Source of the DNA: Candidatus Latescibacterota bacterium
Lineage (GTDB): Bacteria > Latescibacterota > UBA2968 > GCA-2709665
Reading direction: 5' to 3'
NCBI GenBank assembly: GCA_965237675.1
Contig: OZ250150.1
Span: 3,680,001 to 3,744,000 of the forward strand
Length of the DNA: 64,000 nucleotides
The position numbers were made by a program, and so were the translations under genes. Shown piece by piece: positions 29,123 through 38,788 of this stretch. The notes under the pieces are model-generated. The model had not been told where the DNA came from. It searched no databases and saw nothing but the letters and a program-made list of their open reading frames with translations. Each line of letters starts with the position of its first letter. Position 1 is the stretch's first letter.

Positions 29123-31399
29123 ATGGCGCGCTGGAAAATTAGCCCCCTCCGACTGGGGGTGTGGGGCATGCTGGCCATGGTCCTGGTCGGCGTGGGTCGT
29201 TGCGGTCGGGAGAGGGAGAATCCCATCGATCCCAATTTTCCCGGCGGTGGGGCGTTGAACTCGCCCGGTAACGTCCGGGCGCAGGGAGACATCGGTCGGA
29301 TTCTGCTAACCTGGGATGCCGTGAAAATCAGCGATCTGGCGGGGTACGGCGTGTGGCGCGCCGCATCGGCCACGGGCGAATATGCCCGGCTGCGCGGCGA
29401 GTCGAACGTCGCGAATGTAACGACCGGACGTACGGTCTTTGTCGACTCCACGATGGACGTTTCGGCGTCAAAGGTTTATTTCTACAGGGTCAACACGGTG
29501 GATGTCAACGGACAATCCAGCGAGAGGTCCGCCTTTGTGAGCGCTGAGATACGCGAAGACAAAAGGCCGCCGGGGTCGCCTTCGAATCTTTCCGCCGTAA
29601 GAGACGAGAATACCGGGCACGTGGCGCTTGTCTGGAATGCGCCCAAAGTGGATGAGGGCAACGAGGATCTGACCGGTCTGGACGGATACCGGGTCTTCCG
29701 GGCGAAAGACTCCGAAGACGCTTATGTTCAGATTGCAACGGTTCCCGCGGGACAGACCGCGTTTACGGATTCGACGCGTCTGGAGGCCGACGTCCGATAT
29801 TTCTACCAGATTTCCGCGATCGACAGGTACGACAACGAAAGCGCGCGTTCCCGCTCCGCGTCGGTCAACACGGCGGTAACAGGAATTGCCGCGCCGGGTG
29901 GGCTGCGTACCGTAAGCAAGGTCGGCAAGATCGAGTTGCATTGGAACGCCTCGAACGAAGACAATCTTCTGGGCTATCTCGTGTTGCGGTCCACGTCTAC
30001 CCAGGCGCCGTTCGAGCCGGTATCCTCGAATATTCCGTTTACAACAGCCCAGACCGTTTATGTCGATACGGATGTGAAGGTCGATGTGGTTTATTTCTAC
30101 CGTGTCCACGCGGTTGTGCAGGATCCCGACCGTGGTGTTGTACTTGGCGAGGCGTCACCTTTTGTCGATGGGCAGGCCGAAGTGGATGAGGCACCTCCGT
30201 CCGCGCCTACGGACATAAGCGTCAGTCTGGATGACGACGATGCTGGCGTTGTCTTGCTGAGTTGGGCGCCACCGACGACGGATAACGGTGGCGGAGACTT
30301 GACGGGGCTTTCCTATTACCGGATCTTCCGATCTAAACAGACCACCAGTTCTTTTGTGGAAATGGCACAGGTTCCAGGAACGCAGACCACGTTCCGGGAT
30401 ACCACGGTGGAGCCGCTTACGATGTATTATTACACCCTGAACGCGGTTGACTTCGCGAAAAACGGCGGGCCCCGGTCCGCGCCGTTATCCGTCAGCACGC
30501 CTGGTCTTGCCACGCCTACCCAGGTTACGGCCATTCCCGGAAAGGGCAAAATTACACTTGTCTGGGCGCCGAATTCGGAGCCGCAACTGAGCAGTTACGA
30601 AGTGATGCGCTACGGCGACCCACGGCAGCCAGAGGCTCTCGCTACGTTCAATACCGTGTGGCCAACCTATGTAGATTCGCCTCTGGTTGGGGGCCAGGTC
30701 TATGCATATCGCGTGCGCGCGTTGGGCTCCGGCGGGCTCAAGAGCGAGTTGTCAGATTTCGTTCTGGCTACCGTGTCCGACGACGACCTGGCGCCTGCCC
30801 CGCCAGATTTCCTTTATGCGAAATTATCGGGCAATACGTCTATTCAGCTGACATGGCGGGCTTCCACGACGGATGAGGACGGCTCGGAACAGACCGGCCT
30901 GCACCAGTACAGGATCTACCGGTCGGAGGAATCAGCATCGGCCGGGTTTGAGTGGATCGCGACGGTTGACTCGACCACTCTGACTTATCTTGACTCCGAT
31001 CTGGAGACGTCGACAACCTACATTTATCAGGTGCGCGCGATCGACGCCAGTGGAAACGAAGGCGAGGCTTCCAGGTCAGTGTCGTTGCAGACGGGTCCGG
31101 ACAGCAGGATTGCCAGACCGACCAATGTCGCCGCGGTCGTGCGTGAGCTTCCTGGGGAAGGAACAGTCGTGGTCGTCACGTGGACGGCGCCCAGGGGCAT
31201 TACGCGCTTCCGAGTGAATCGCCAGCGGGTGAGCACGTCTTCGAGCGACCGTTTCGAGACCGTCTCGTACAAGCTGAGAGACACCAAGTATATCGACACC
31301 AACGTCGATTCGGGCAACACCTATATCTATCGCGTTGTTGCCGTGAAAGGACTCGATATCAGCCATCAGTCCGATCCTGTGGTTGTGTCGGTTCCGTAG
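29123..31399 (+). CDS. Fibronectin type III repeat protein, probable lipoprotein
   Basis: Hydrophobic leader with Cys (VGRC-GRERENPIDP); about 7 repeats of L.W...Y...R...F/Y.D....Y.Y.V.A. Confidence 0.88.
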   Translation: MARWKISPLRLGVWGMLAMVLVGVGRCGRERENPIDPNFPGGGALNSPGNVRAQGDIGRILLTWDAVKISDLAGYGVWRAASATGEYARLRGESNVANVTTGRTVFVDSTMDVSASKVYFYRVNTVDVNGQSSERSAFVSAEIREDKRPPGSPSNLSAVRDENTGHVALVWNAPKVDEGNEDLTGLDGYRVFRAKDSEDAYVQIATVPAGQTAFTDSTRLEADVRYFYQISAIDRYDNESARSRSASVNTAVTGIAAPGGLRTVSKVGKIELHWNASNEDNLLGYLVLRSTSTQAPFEPVSSNIPFTTAQTVYVDTDVKVDVVYFYRVHAVVQDPDRGVVLGEASPFVDGQAEVDEAPPSAPTDISVSLDDDDAGVVLLSWAPPTTDNGGGDLTGLSYYRIFRSKQTTSSFVEMAQVPGTQTTFRDTTVEPLTMYYYTLNAVDFAKNGGPRSAPLSVSTPGLATPTQVTAIPGKGKITLVWAPNSEPQLSSYEVMRYGDPRQPEALATFNTVWPTYVDSPLVGGQVYAYRVRALGSGGLKSELSDFVLATVSDDDLAPAPPDFLYAKLSGNTSIQLTWRASTTDEDGSEQTGLHQYRIYRSEESASAGFEWIATVDSTTLTYLDSDLETSTTYIYQVRAIDASGNEGEASRSVSLQTGPDSRIARPTNVAAVVRELPGEGTVVVVTWTAPRGITRFRVNRQRVSTSSSDRFETVSYKLRDTKYIDTNVDSGNTYIYRVVAVKGLDISHQSDPVVVSVP

Positions 31400-31427
31400 T
31401 CTTCTCAGTCAAAAATGTGGTTGGCTA

Positions 31428-31466
31428 ACGGCAGAGCGTTGTCCCATACAGCGCTCTGCTGTTTTC
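31428..31466 (+). terminator. Terminator after the FN3 gene
   Basis: GCAGAGCG...CGCTCTGC followed by TGTTTT. Confidence 0.65.
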
Positions 31467-31876
31467 GTGAGTGGTCCGGTGGCGGGAGAGACGGGTCAGT
31501 GGGGAAGCCGGGGTTTCACCGTTCCGTCCGCCTCGACGGATTCAACCAGCCGAACCCGAACCCGTCCGAGGGGCAGGAACGATACGGCTTCCGTTGTGAT
31601 CGGTCCGCTCTTCTGATATTTCACGGTCTCGTGTCGCATTCGAGGCATTCGTCTCCATGCCATGCGGAACACGTCAGTCCGGAGGTCTTCTGTCCGGTGT
31701 AATCCGACAGACGTTTATGTGCGAAGACATAGGGAAATCCTGACGTTTGTATTGTAATTTCTGTAAAAACACGACTTGCGGTATTTTCTCCAAAACAAGT
31801 GCCTCGCCGGTACGCGGTCTGCATTGCCACTTGGGGTTCATCTGTGGTGTCCAGGTCAACAAACGGAGGTCCGTCT

Positions 31877-33199
31877 ATGCAGTGCGTGCTTCTGGTGGAT
31901 GGCGACGTACAATTCCGCAAGGAAATGAAAGACCGGTTGGAAAGGCGGGGCGTGAGCGTTACGTGCGCGGGAACCGCGCGGGAAGGCTTGAGGATGTACA
32001 GGCGTGGCCGCCCCGCGTGTGTTTTTGCCGAGGCCGAACTCCCGGATGGGGACGGTTTTCCGGTTCTTGAGGAAGCCCACCGGCATACGCCGGTGATTAT
32101 GGTAAGCGAGGGATTTTCTCCGGATCAGGTATTCTCCGCCATTTCAGGCGGTGCATATGACTGTTTGTCCAAGCCCGTGGACGACCCGACGTTGGACGGG
32201 CTGTTGTATCGCCTTCGCACGGACCGGAACCCGACGCCGGCAGAGGTGGGTCCGGCCGAGCCCGTTTCGGACGTCGACGGCGAGATGGTTGTAGGGCGTT
32301 CCCAGAAGATGGTCGAGGCGTTAAAAACCGTGGCTGCGGTGGCGGGCAGCTCGGCTACTGTTCTGGTCTGCGGAGAAAGCGGCACCGGCAAGGAGTTGAT
32401 GGCCAGGGCAATCCATCGGGCGTCACGGAGAACCGGGTCGTTCGTGGCCGTCAATTGCGTGGCCGTTATGGAAACCCTCATGGAGAGCGAGTTGTTCGGG
32501 CACGAGCGCGGCGCCTTCACGGGTGCCGCCGGCCGGCGCGCGGGATGTTTTGAGCAGGCCAGCCAGGGTACGCTCTTTCTGGACGAGATTGGAGATGCAC
32601 TTCCTGCTTTTCAGGCCAAGCTGCTGCGCGTGCTGGATCAGGTTGAATTCTGTCGCGTGGGCGGCCAGGAATTGATCCGTCCTGATGTGCGCGTGGTTGC
32701 GGCCACGAATTCCGATCTGGAGCATCTCGTGGAGAAAGGGGCTTTCAGGGCTGACCTCTATTACAGACTCAGCGAAGTTACCGTTCAATTGCCGTCGCTT
32801 CGAGACCGACTGTCGGATATTCCCTTGCTTGTGCGGCGGACGCTAAGCGAGATCCAGCACCGCACCGGTCGGACCCTGGTGGGCATATCTCAGGAGGCGA
32901 TGCACCGTTTGATGGTCCATCCGTGGCCGGGGAACGTCAGGGAACTACAGAATGTGCTCGTCCGAGCCGCCCTTCATTGCCGGGGGCAGACGGTTCAGTG
33001 CAATCACCTGAAGGGTCTGATTTGGGACGAGTCGGCTGAGACCGGCGAATCCCTGACCCTGGCGGATGTGGAGCGCAGGCATATTGAACAGGTTTTGAAT
33101 GCAACGGGCTGGAACCGGGGCAGGACCTGTGAGATTCTGGGGGTGTCGCGTCCTACGCTCAGAAGAAAGATCAGAGATTATGGACTTCTCAAGGGCTGA
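31877..33199 (+). CDS. sigma-54-dependent activator (NtrC family) with atypical receiver domain
   Basis: GESGTGKE, GAFTGA, LFLDEIG, WPGNVREL, Fis-type HTH; GGAGG RBS. Confidence 0.93.
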   Translation: MQCVLLVDGDVQFRKEMKDRLERRGVSVTCAGTAREGLRMYRRGRPACVFAEAELPDGDGFPVLEEAHRHTPVIMVSEGFSPDQVFSAISGGAYDCLSKPVDDPTLDGLLYRLRTDRNPTPAEVGPAEPVSDVDGEMVVGRSQKMVEALKTVAAVAGSSATVLVCGESGTGKELMARAIHRASRRTGSFVAVNCVAVMETLMESELFGHERGAFTGAAGRRAGCFEQASQGTLFLDEIGDALPAFQAKLLRVLDQVEFCRVGGQELIRPDVRVVAATNSDLEHLVEKGAFRADLYYRLSEVTVQLPSLRDRLSDIPLLVRRTLSEIQHRTGRTLVGISQEAMHRLMVHPWPGNVRELQNVLVRAALHCRGQTVQCNHLKGLIWDESAETGESLTLADVERRHIEQVLNATGWNRGRTCEILGVSRPTLRRKIRDYGLLKG

Positions 33200-33365
33200 G
33201 CGGGTCTTTCTGGGGGAATGCGTGGCTGACGACGCGCTTACCTCAAACCCGCGCCAAGGCGCTTGACATCCTGCAGGCCGAAGTGCATGATAAGATCGTC
33301 CCGGCACGGCGATTCGGCGGATGAATCCTCGGGTGTTCGTTTCCTTGTCTTTAATAGGAGGGCGG

Positions 33366-34556
33366 ATGGGATATTTGATCGATCTGGTTTGTACCCGATG
33401 TGGAAAAACCCATGAAAAGCAAAGGCTGTGGAATCTGAGCGCCTGTTGCGGCGCACCGCTTTTCGCCAGGTACGATCTGGCGGGAGCTGCGAGATCTCTC
33501 AATAGAACCGGTTTGCCAGGGCGAGTGCCGACGATGTGGCGATACGAGGAAGTGTTGCCGGTCGAACGGGCGGTGTGCCGCGTGAGCCTGGGAGAAGGGT
33601 TCACGCCGCTGCTGGAGGTTGGGTTGCTGGGCAAGCGGGTAGGTGTGCCCAACCTTTACGTAAAGGACGAGGGTGTCAATCCGACAGGATCGTTCAAGGC
33701 ACGCGGTCTGTCGGCGGCGATATCCAGGGCCGTCGAGTTGGGTGCGGCGGCCGTGGCCATTCCTTCTGCGGGGAATGCAGGGGGGGCAACCGCGGCCTAC
33801 GCAGCCCGGGCGGGGCTGCCTGCATATATCTTTATGCCTTCGGATGCCCCGGTGGCAAACAGGGTGGAGTGCGAGCGGTTGGGTGCGCATCTGACGCTTG
33901 TGGACGGATTGATTACGGATTGTGGGAAGATCGTGGCCCAGCGGAAGGTCGATGAGGGCTGGTTCGACGTATCTACGCTCAAGGAGCCGTACCGGGTCGA
34001 GGGAAAGAAAACAATGGGGTATGAACTCGCCGAGCAGTTGGGCTGGGAGTTGCCGGACGTCGTTCTCTATCCTACGGGTGGCGGCACGGGCCTGGTCGGG
34101 ATGTGGAAGGCGTTTGACGAGATGGAAGAAATGGGGTGGATCGGTTCCAGACGGCCCAGGATGGTGGCCGTACAGGCCGCGGGCTGCGCGCCTATTGTCA
34201 GGGCATATGAAGCGGGCGCCGAGTCGGCCGATCTGTGGGAAAATGCCGAAACCGTCGCTTCCGGCCTGCGGGTACCTGGTGCCGTGGGGGACTTTCTTAT
34301 GCTTCGAGCCATTCGGGAAAGTCACGGTACAGCTGTCGCCGTCACCGACGGGGCGTTAATGGCGTGCGTTGAGGAAATGGCTTCGGCGACAGGCATTTTT
34401 CCGGCGCCCGAGGGTGCGGCGACGCTTGCCGGCCTGAATCAACTCGTCGCGGACGGATGGATTTCTTCTGAGGACAGGGTGGTGCTGTTCAATACCGGTA
34501 CCGGGCTGAAATATATCGAAGCCATTGAAGCGTCAAGCCCTGGGAACGCCAGGTGA
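33366..34556 (+). CDS. thrC: Threonine synthase (PLP-dependent)
   Basis: KDEGVNPTGSFKARG, SAGNAG, EGKKTMGYE, PTGGG, NTGTGLKY. Confidence 0.88.
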   Translation: MGYLIDLVCTRCGKTHEKQRLWNLSACCGAPLFARYDLAGAARSLNRTGLPGRVPTMWRYEEVLPVERAVCRVSLGEGFTPLLEVGLLGKRVGVPNLYVKDEGVNPTGSFKARGLSAAISRAVELGAAAVAIPSAGNAGGATAAYAARAGLPAYIFMPSDAPVANRVECERLGAHLTLVDGLITDCGKIVAQRKVDEGWFDVSTLKEPYRVEGKKTMGYELAEQLGWELPDVVLYPTGGGTGLVGMWKAFDEMEEMGWIGSRRPRMVAVQAAGCAPIVRAYEAGAESADLWENAETVASGLRVPGAVGDFLMLRAIRESHGTAVAVTDGALMACVEEMASATGIFPAPEGAATLAGLNQLVADGWISSEDRVVLFNTGTGLKYIEAIEASSPGNAR

Positions 34557-34816
34557 TCTGTCAGGCACGGCCGCCGGCGCAGACTGTGCCGGTTTCCCGG
34601 TTCAAGAAATGCGGCACTCGACACGGCGCAGGGTCTTCGGTTCGGAAATCCGGTCGTGTCATCAGCAAGCCGGCGTCGGTTTCAGATCCACCGAGTAGGT
34701 TCGGTGCCGGGATCGTGTAATGCCAGCGGTTGAACGGGCTCTTCTCCAGTGGACAGGATTGCGGGCAAACCGAGTTAGGGGAATAGTAAAGGCTGACGAA
34801 AGGCGGTGCCAGGCCG

Positions 34817-35206
34817 ATGCTCAAAACGGAGATCGGGAAATTCCAGAGTTTCGTTCTTGAAGAAACGGATACCGTCGTGGTCATGGGAAACGTGAAACCC
34901 CACGCGGAGTATCTTGTGCGGCTCGGGTTCAGCCGGCACCCGGAAACGGGCGAGTATGTCGGTTCGGGCGCCAATCTTTACGCAATGGCGCCGGACGACT
35001 TCTACGACAGATTCAGTGCACGTGCCGGTACGGATCCGGAGCTGACCGCGCAAGCTTGCGATGGAGAGGATTTCTACCAGATCGACGGACTGCCGCTGGT
35101 CGTGGAGAATGCCGAAGGCGACCCGTATATTGAAGGGATCACGGCCGTGGATCTCGAGACCCGAATCTACATCGAACAAGGCGTGGCGAACTTCAGGGTC
35201 GGATAG
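34817..35206 (+). CDS. Hypothetical 129-aa acidic protein
   Basis: Compact ORF with host-like codon usage; no recognisable motif. Confidence 0.7.
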   Translation: MLKTEIGKFQSFVLEETDTVVVMGNVKPHAEYLVRLGFSRHPETGEYVGSGANLYAMAPDDFYDRFSARAGTDPELTAQACDGEDFYQIDGLPLVVENAEGDPYIEGITAVDLETRIYIEQGVANFRVG

Positions 35207-35339
35207 TGTTCGGTCCCGGAAATAGATTGCCGAAATTCTTCCGCCTAGTGGTCGATTTCAGAAATAGGTATAATGTTGTCTGGAACCGGGTGTGTGCTTA
35301 TAATAAGGTTGTCTCCCCGACCGCGTTGGGAGGTAACCG

Positions 35340-35633
35340 ATGCCTGGACCGAAGCCGAAGTATCAACCCGAGTTTGAGACGGAGGAGATCGCAGAGGCTC
35401 GTAGGATTGCACGACAACGAACGGCACCCAGCTCCCATGTTCACCGGGCCAAGATGGTCGTGATCTTGTCGGAGCATCCGGACATCTCGCACGAGAGGCT
35501 GGCTCAAGCCGTTGGGGTGCACCCGAGAACGGTGATGAAATGGCGAAAGCGCTGGTCGGTTGAGGGTTTTTCACTGTTGGATCAGCCTCGTAGTGGAAGA
35601 CCCCCGGTTTTTCCCCCCCGAAAGCGTCGCTGA
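35340..35633 (+). CDS. IS630 transposase, N-terminal HTH part
   Basis: RAKMV...LAQAVGVHPRTVMKWRKRW...LLDQPRSGRP; GGAGG RBS. Confidence 0.88.
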   Translation: MPGPKPKYQPEFETEEIAEARRIARQRTAPSSHVHRAKMVVILSEHPDISHERLAQAVGVHPRTVMKWRKRWSVEGFSLLDQPRSGRPPVFPPRKRR

Positions 35634-36471
35634 AATTAAGGCCATCGCCTGCCAATTGCCAGCCGTGCGGGAGATCCCGCTTTCCCGCTTCAGCCTCGCA
35701 GAGATGCTTCGGGAAATCCGTTCGGAGTCCACCGTGTCGATCTCCAGGAGCACGCTGTGGCGTCTCCTCAAACAGGACGCCATTCGTCCCTGGTTTCACC
35801 GATCCTGGATCTCTGTCAAGGATCCGCGCTTTCTGGAAAAAGCGGGCCCCGTTTTGGATCTGTATCAAGGTGATTATGAGGGCGTGCCACTGGGGCCCAA
35901 AGACTACGTCCTCAGTGCGGACGAGAAATCGCAGCTCCAGATCCTGGAGCGGGAGTTCCCGTGTTCACCGCCGGGACCGGGCAAACCCATTCACTGTGAG
36001 TCGGACTACAAGCGCCACGGGACCGTGGCCTACCTGGCCGCACTCGATATCAGAAGCGGAAAAATCTTTGGTCGTGTGGATCAAACCACGGGGATCGAAC
36101 CCTTTCAGGCTCTGGTCGACCTCGTGATGAAGCAGGAGCCGTATGCTTCGGCCGAACGCGTGTTCTGGATCCTCGACAATGGGGCTTCCCATCACCCGTC
36201 GACCTCCCCTGCGCGACTCCGGAAGGCTTACCCGAACCTGATCGCCATCCATCTTCCCGTCCACGCAAGCTGGCTCAACCAAATCGAGATCTACTTCTCT
36301 ATCCTTCAAAGAAAGGCACTTACGCCCAACGACCTCGCAGACAGAAAGCAAATGGAAGACCGAATCCTCGGTTTTGAGCGCCGCTACAACCAAACTTCCA
36401 GACCCTTCAACTGGCGATTCACCCGCAACGACCTCGAAGAAAGGCTCCGCGAACTCAAAATCGCCGCCTAA
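35608..36471 (+). CDS. IS630 transposase, DDE part (joined by a frameshift at T5C7)
   Basis: SADEKS, YKRHGT, ILDNGASH, HASWLNQIEIYFS. Confidence 0.9.
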   Translation, partial: FFPPESVAEIKAIACQLPAVREIPLSRFSLAEMLREIRSESTVSISRSTLWRLLKQDAIRPWFHRSWISVKDPRFLEKAGPVLDLYQGDYEGVPLGPKDYVLSADEKSQLQILEREFPCSPPGPGKPIHCESDYKRHGTVAYLAALDIRSGKIFGRVDQTTGIEPFQALVDLVMKQEPYASAERVFWILDNGASHHPSTSPARLRKAYPNLIAIHLPVHASWLNQIEIYFSILQRKALTPNDLADRKQMEDRILGFERRYNQTSRPFNWRFTRNDLEERLRELKIAA

Positions 36472-36517
36472 CTTGATACTAACTTCTGAAATCGACCACT
36501 AGTCGCCCGGCTGGCTG

Positions 36518-36592
36518 CGTTGCGTTCGTTGCCTCCGCTGCTTGCGCTGAGCTTGCCGAAGCGCGCCTGTCGAGACGTCTTGTCGAAATGCA
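36518..36592. repeat. REP-like repeat unit
   Basis: CGTTGCGTTCGTTGC...GCGCTGAGCTTGCCGAA, matching the units at 52470 and 52658. Confidence 0.7.
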
Positions 36593-36605
36593 TTCGGCTG
36601 CCGCC

Positions 36606-37931
36606 CTAGGCGTTCAGGTATTCGAGCGTAAGGGCAGCCGCACGATAGCCGCTTTCCACGGCGCTTTCGACTGTGGCAGGCAGGCCCGTGTCGGTCCAGT
36701 CTCCCGCAATGAAGAGATTCGGCGCGGTCGTGCGATTGGGTGGCGGTGAATCGCCCGTCGGAAGCGCGAATGTTGCTTGTCGTTCGCGCACAACCAGATG
36801 GTGGTCCAGAGGCATCTTTCTGGTTTCGGGCAGGAACCTATACAGGTCTTTCAGCGCAATGTCCACGAGTCTTTCATCCGGCTGGTCCACCAGACCGTCT
36901 GCGGCGCTTGCCACCAGGGTTACATGCCCTGGTGACGCTCTGTCGCGACCGTCGTAGAGCATGTGTTTGTTGAATACCCAGTCCATACGGCCCTTGAGGA
37001 GGCCGACGAAAGGCCTGTTGATAATGGGCCCCTTGAACCAGAGGTTGACCGAGAGGATCGGGGAAGGACAGAAGGATTTCAAACGTGCTCTGAGATTTTC
37101 GAAACCTTCCGGCAACAGGCGCGCCAGCGCGGGTGGCGTTATCGCACAGACGGCGGCATCCGCCGTCAAAATTGCGCCCGATCTCAGCCGGATCCGTATT
37201 TTGTTGTTTCCGGTAACGCGCAGTTCGCCGACACCGTCACCCATGTGGCATGTGCCGCCATGCCGCCGGATGAAAGTGCTTGCCGCGCTGGTATACATCG
37301 TGCTGAGTCCAACCCCCGCATAGCCCATCAGGGTTGCATCGGAACGCCCGAAGAATGCCAGTTTCAGGACTGACGTCAGGTGTGTGGCCGGAGCCTCATG
37401 CGGTGATTGATTCAGCGCGGAGATGCACAGCGGATCCCAGAACGCTTGCCTGATGGACGGAGATTGTTTGCATGCGTCCAGCCACTCGTTCACGGTAAGT
37501 CCCGGCGGAGTCGGTGCCTTGAGGGCCGTCCTGACGCGACGCAGCCGAACGACGTCCCCTAAGTCGACCGGCGTGTAACGCATAAAACCGGTCAGCAGAT
37601 TGAGCGGTGGCGGTAGCAGCCGGGGAAACGAGAGGGCCGTGTGTCCCAGGGTGGGATGCAAAAAATCCAGACGGAATCGTTCCTGAAAACGCAGGTAGTC
37701 CCCGGTACCAATGGTTTCCAGGAATTCCCGGGTCTTGAGGTAACACTTCATAAAGAGGTGTTGACCATTGTCTACCGTATCGCCGGATGCGCGATCGGTA
37801 AACGAATAGGCGCGGCCACCCAGGTGTTTTCTGCGCTCCAACAGGCTGACGACGCACGAACCGCGTTCCGACAGGCGAACACCCGCGGCGAGACCCGCAA
37901 AGCCGCCGCCGATGACAATCACGTGACTCAC
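36606..37931 (-). CDS. hpnE: Hydroxysqualene dehydroxylase (FAD-dependent)
   Basis: GGGFAGL, LGGRAYSF, DNGQHL, AGDWTDTGLPATVESAVESG; follows hpnD. Confidence 0.92.
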   Translation of the reverse strand: MSHVIVIGGGFAGLAAGVRLSERGSCVVSLLERRKHLGGRAYSFTDRASGDTVDNGQHLFMKCYLKTREFLETIGTGDYLRFQERFRLDFLHPTLGHTALSFPRLLPPPLNLLTGFMRYTPVDLGDVVRLRRVRTALKAPTPPGLTVNEWLDACKQSPSIRQAFWDPLCISALNQSPHEAPATHLTSVLKLAFFGRSDATLMGYAGVGLSTMYTSAASTFIRRHGGTCHMGDGVGELRVTGNNKIRIRLRSGAILTADAAVCAITPPALARLLPEGFENLRARLKSFCPSPILSVNLWFKGPIINRPFVGLLKGRMDWVFNKHMLYDGRDRASPGHVTLVASAADGLVDQPDERLVDIALKDLYRFLPETRKMPLDHHLVVRERQATFALPTGDSPPPNRTTAPNLFIAGDWTDTGLPATVESAVESGYRAAALTLEYLNA

Positions 37932-38788
37932 GGCGACTTCCCACGCGTTCCGACCCGGCTGCGAAGCCAGAGGTCCATCGCGGTACCCAGCTTTTTGAGA
38001 TTGTTCACGCGAATTGGATGTCTATAGACGTTGTAGTTGACTGCTTCGATACGGCTGAGAAGACGGCTGTAGATGCAACCCATGATTTCCGCCGGAAAAA
38101 GGCTCTGGCGATCCTCTACCGGGAGGCATTGCGCCGCTTTTTTGTAATAGCTCCATGCCCGGCGACATTGGAATTGCATCAGGTTGCGGAACCGGGTCGT
38201 GGAGACCCCTGCGAAGAGATCCTTTTCCGTGTAATTGAAACGTCTCAGGTCCTCAAGCGGCAGATAGATGCGATCCCTCATCGCATCGGCTTTGATGTCT
38301 CTAAGGATGTTGGTAAGTTGAAGCGCAATCCCGAGGTTGACGGCGTAGTCCTGAGAGGCCCGTTTGGTATAGCCGAAGATTTCGATGCAGATGAGGCCAA
38401 CGACGGAGGCGACACGGTAACAATATTCGTACAGGTCGCCAAAGGTCTGGTAGCGATTCTTGACGAGGTCCATCTCCACGCCGTCAATCAGCCTGAGGAA
38501 GTGTTCTTTCGGGATTCTAAAGTGCTGCAGAGCCTTCTGCAGGTTGGCCGTAATCGGGTGTTGTGGCCTGCCGTCAAAACAGGCGTGGGTCTCAGTCCGC
38601 CAGTTCGAGAGATTTCGGGCCGAGGCTTCCCGCGATGCCGCGTCGTCAACCAGGTCATCGGTGTAACGGCTGAAGGCGTACGTGGCAAAGATGGCCTCCC
38701 GCTTGGTCCTGGGCAGAAACACAAAGGCGTAATAGAAATTGCTGCGCGCTTTGCGCACGAGTGCCGCGGTGTAGGATTTGATGTTCAT
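37928..38788 (-). CDS. hpnD: Presqualene diphosphate synthase
   Basis: SNFYYAF, DDLVD, YCYRVASVVG, LQLTNILRDIKAD, RIYLP. Confidence 0.9.
   Translation of the reverse strand: MNIKSYTAALVRKARSNFYYAFVFLPRTKREAIFATYAFSRYTDDLVDDAASREASARNLSNWRTETHACFDGRPQHPITANLQKALQHFRIPKEHFLRLIDGVEMDLVKNRYQTFGDLYEYCYRVASVVGLICIEIFGYTKRASQDYAVNLGIALQLTNILRDIKADAMRDRIYLPLEDLRRFNYTEKDLFAGVSTTRFRNLMQFQCRRAWSYYKKAAQCLPVEDRQSLFPAEIMGCIYSRLLSRIEAVNYNVYRHPIRVNNLKKLGTAMDLWLRSRVGTRGKSP

Larger units (their letters stand above)
35246..36501 (+). mobile_element. IS630 family insertion sequence, apparently complete
   Basis: Inverted ends TAGTGGTCGATTTCAGAA / TTCTGAAATCGACCACTA; TA duplication in a CTAG context at both ends; internal promoter TTGTCT-17-TATAAT (35276-35304). 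Confidence 0.93.
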
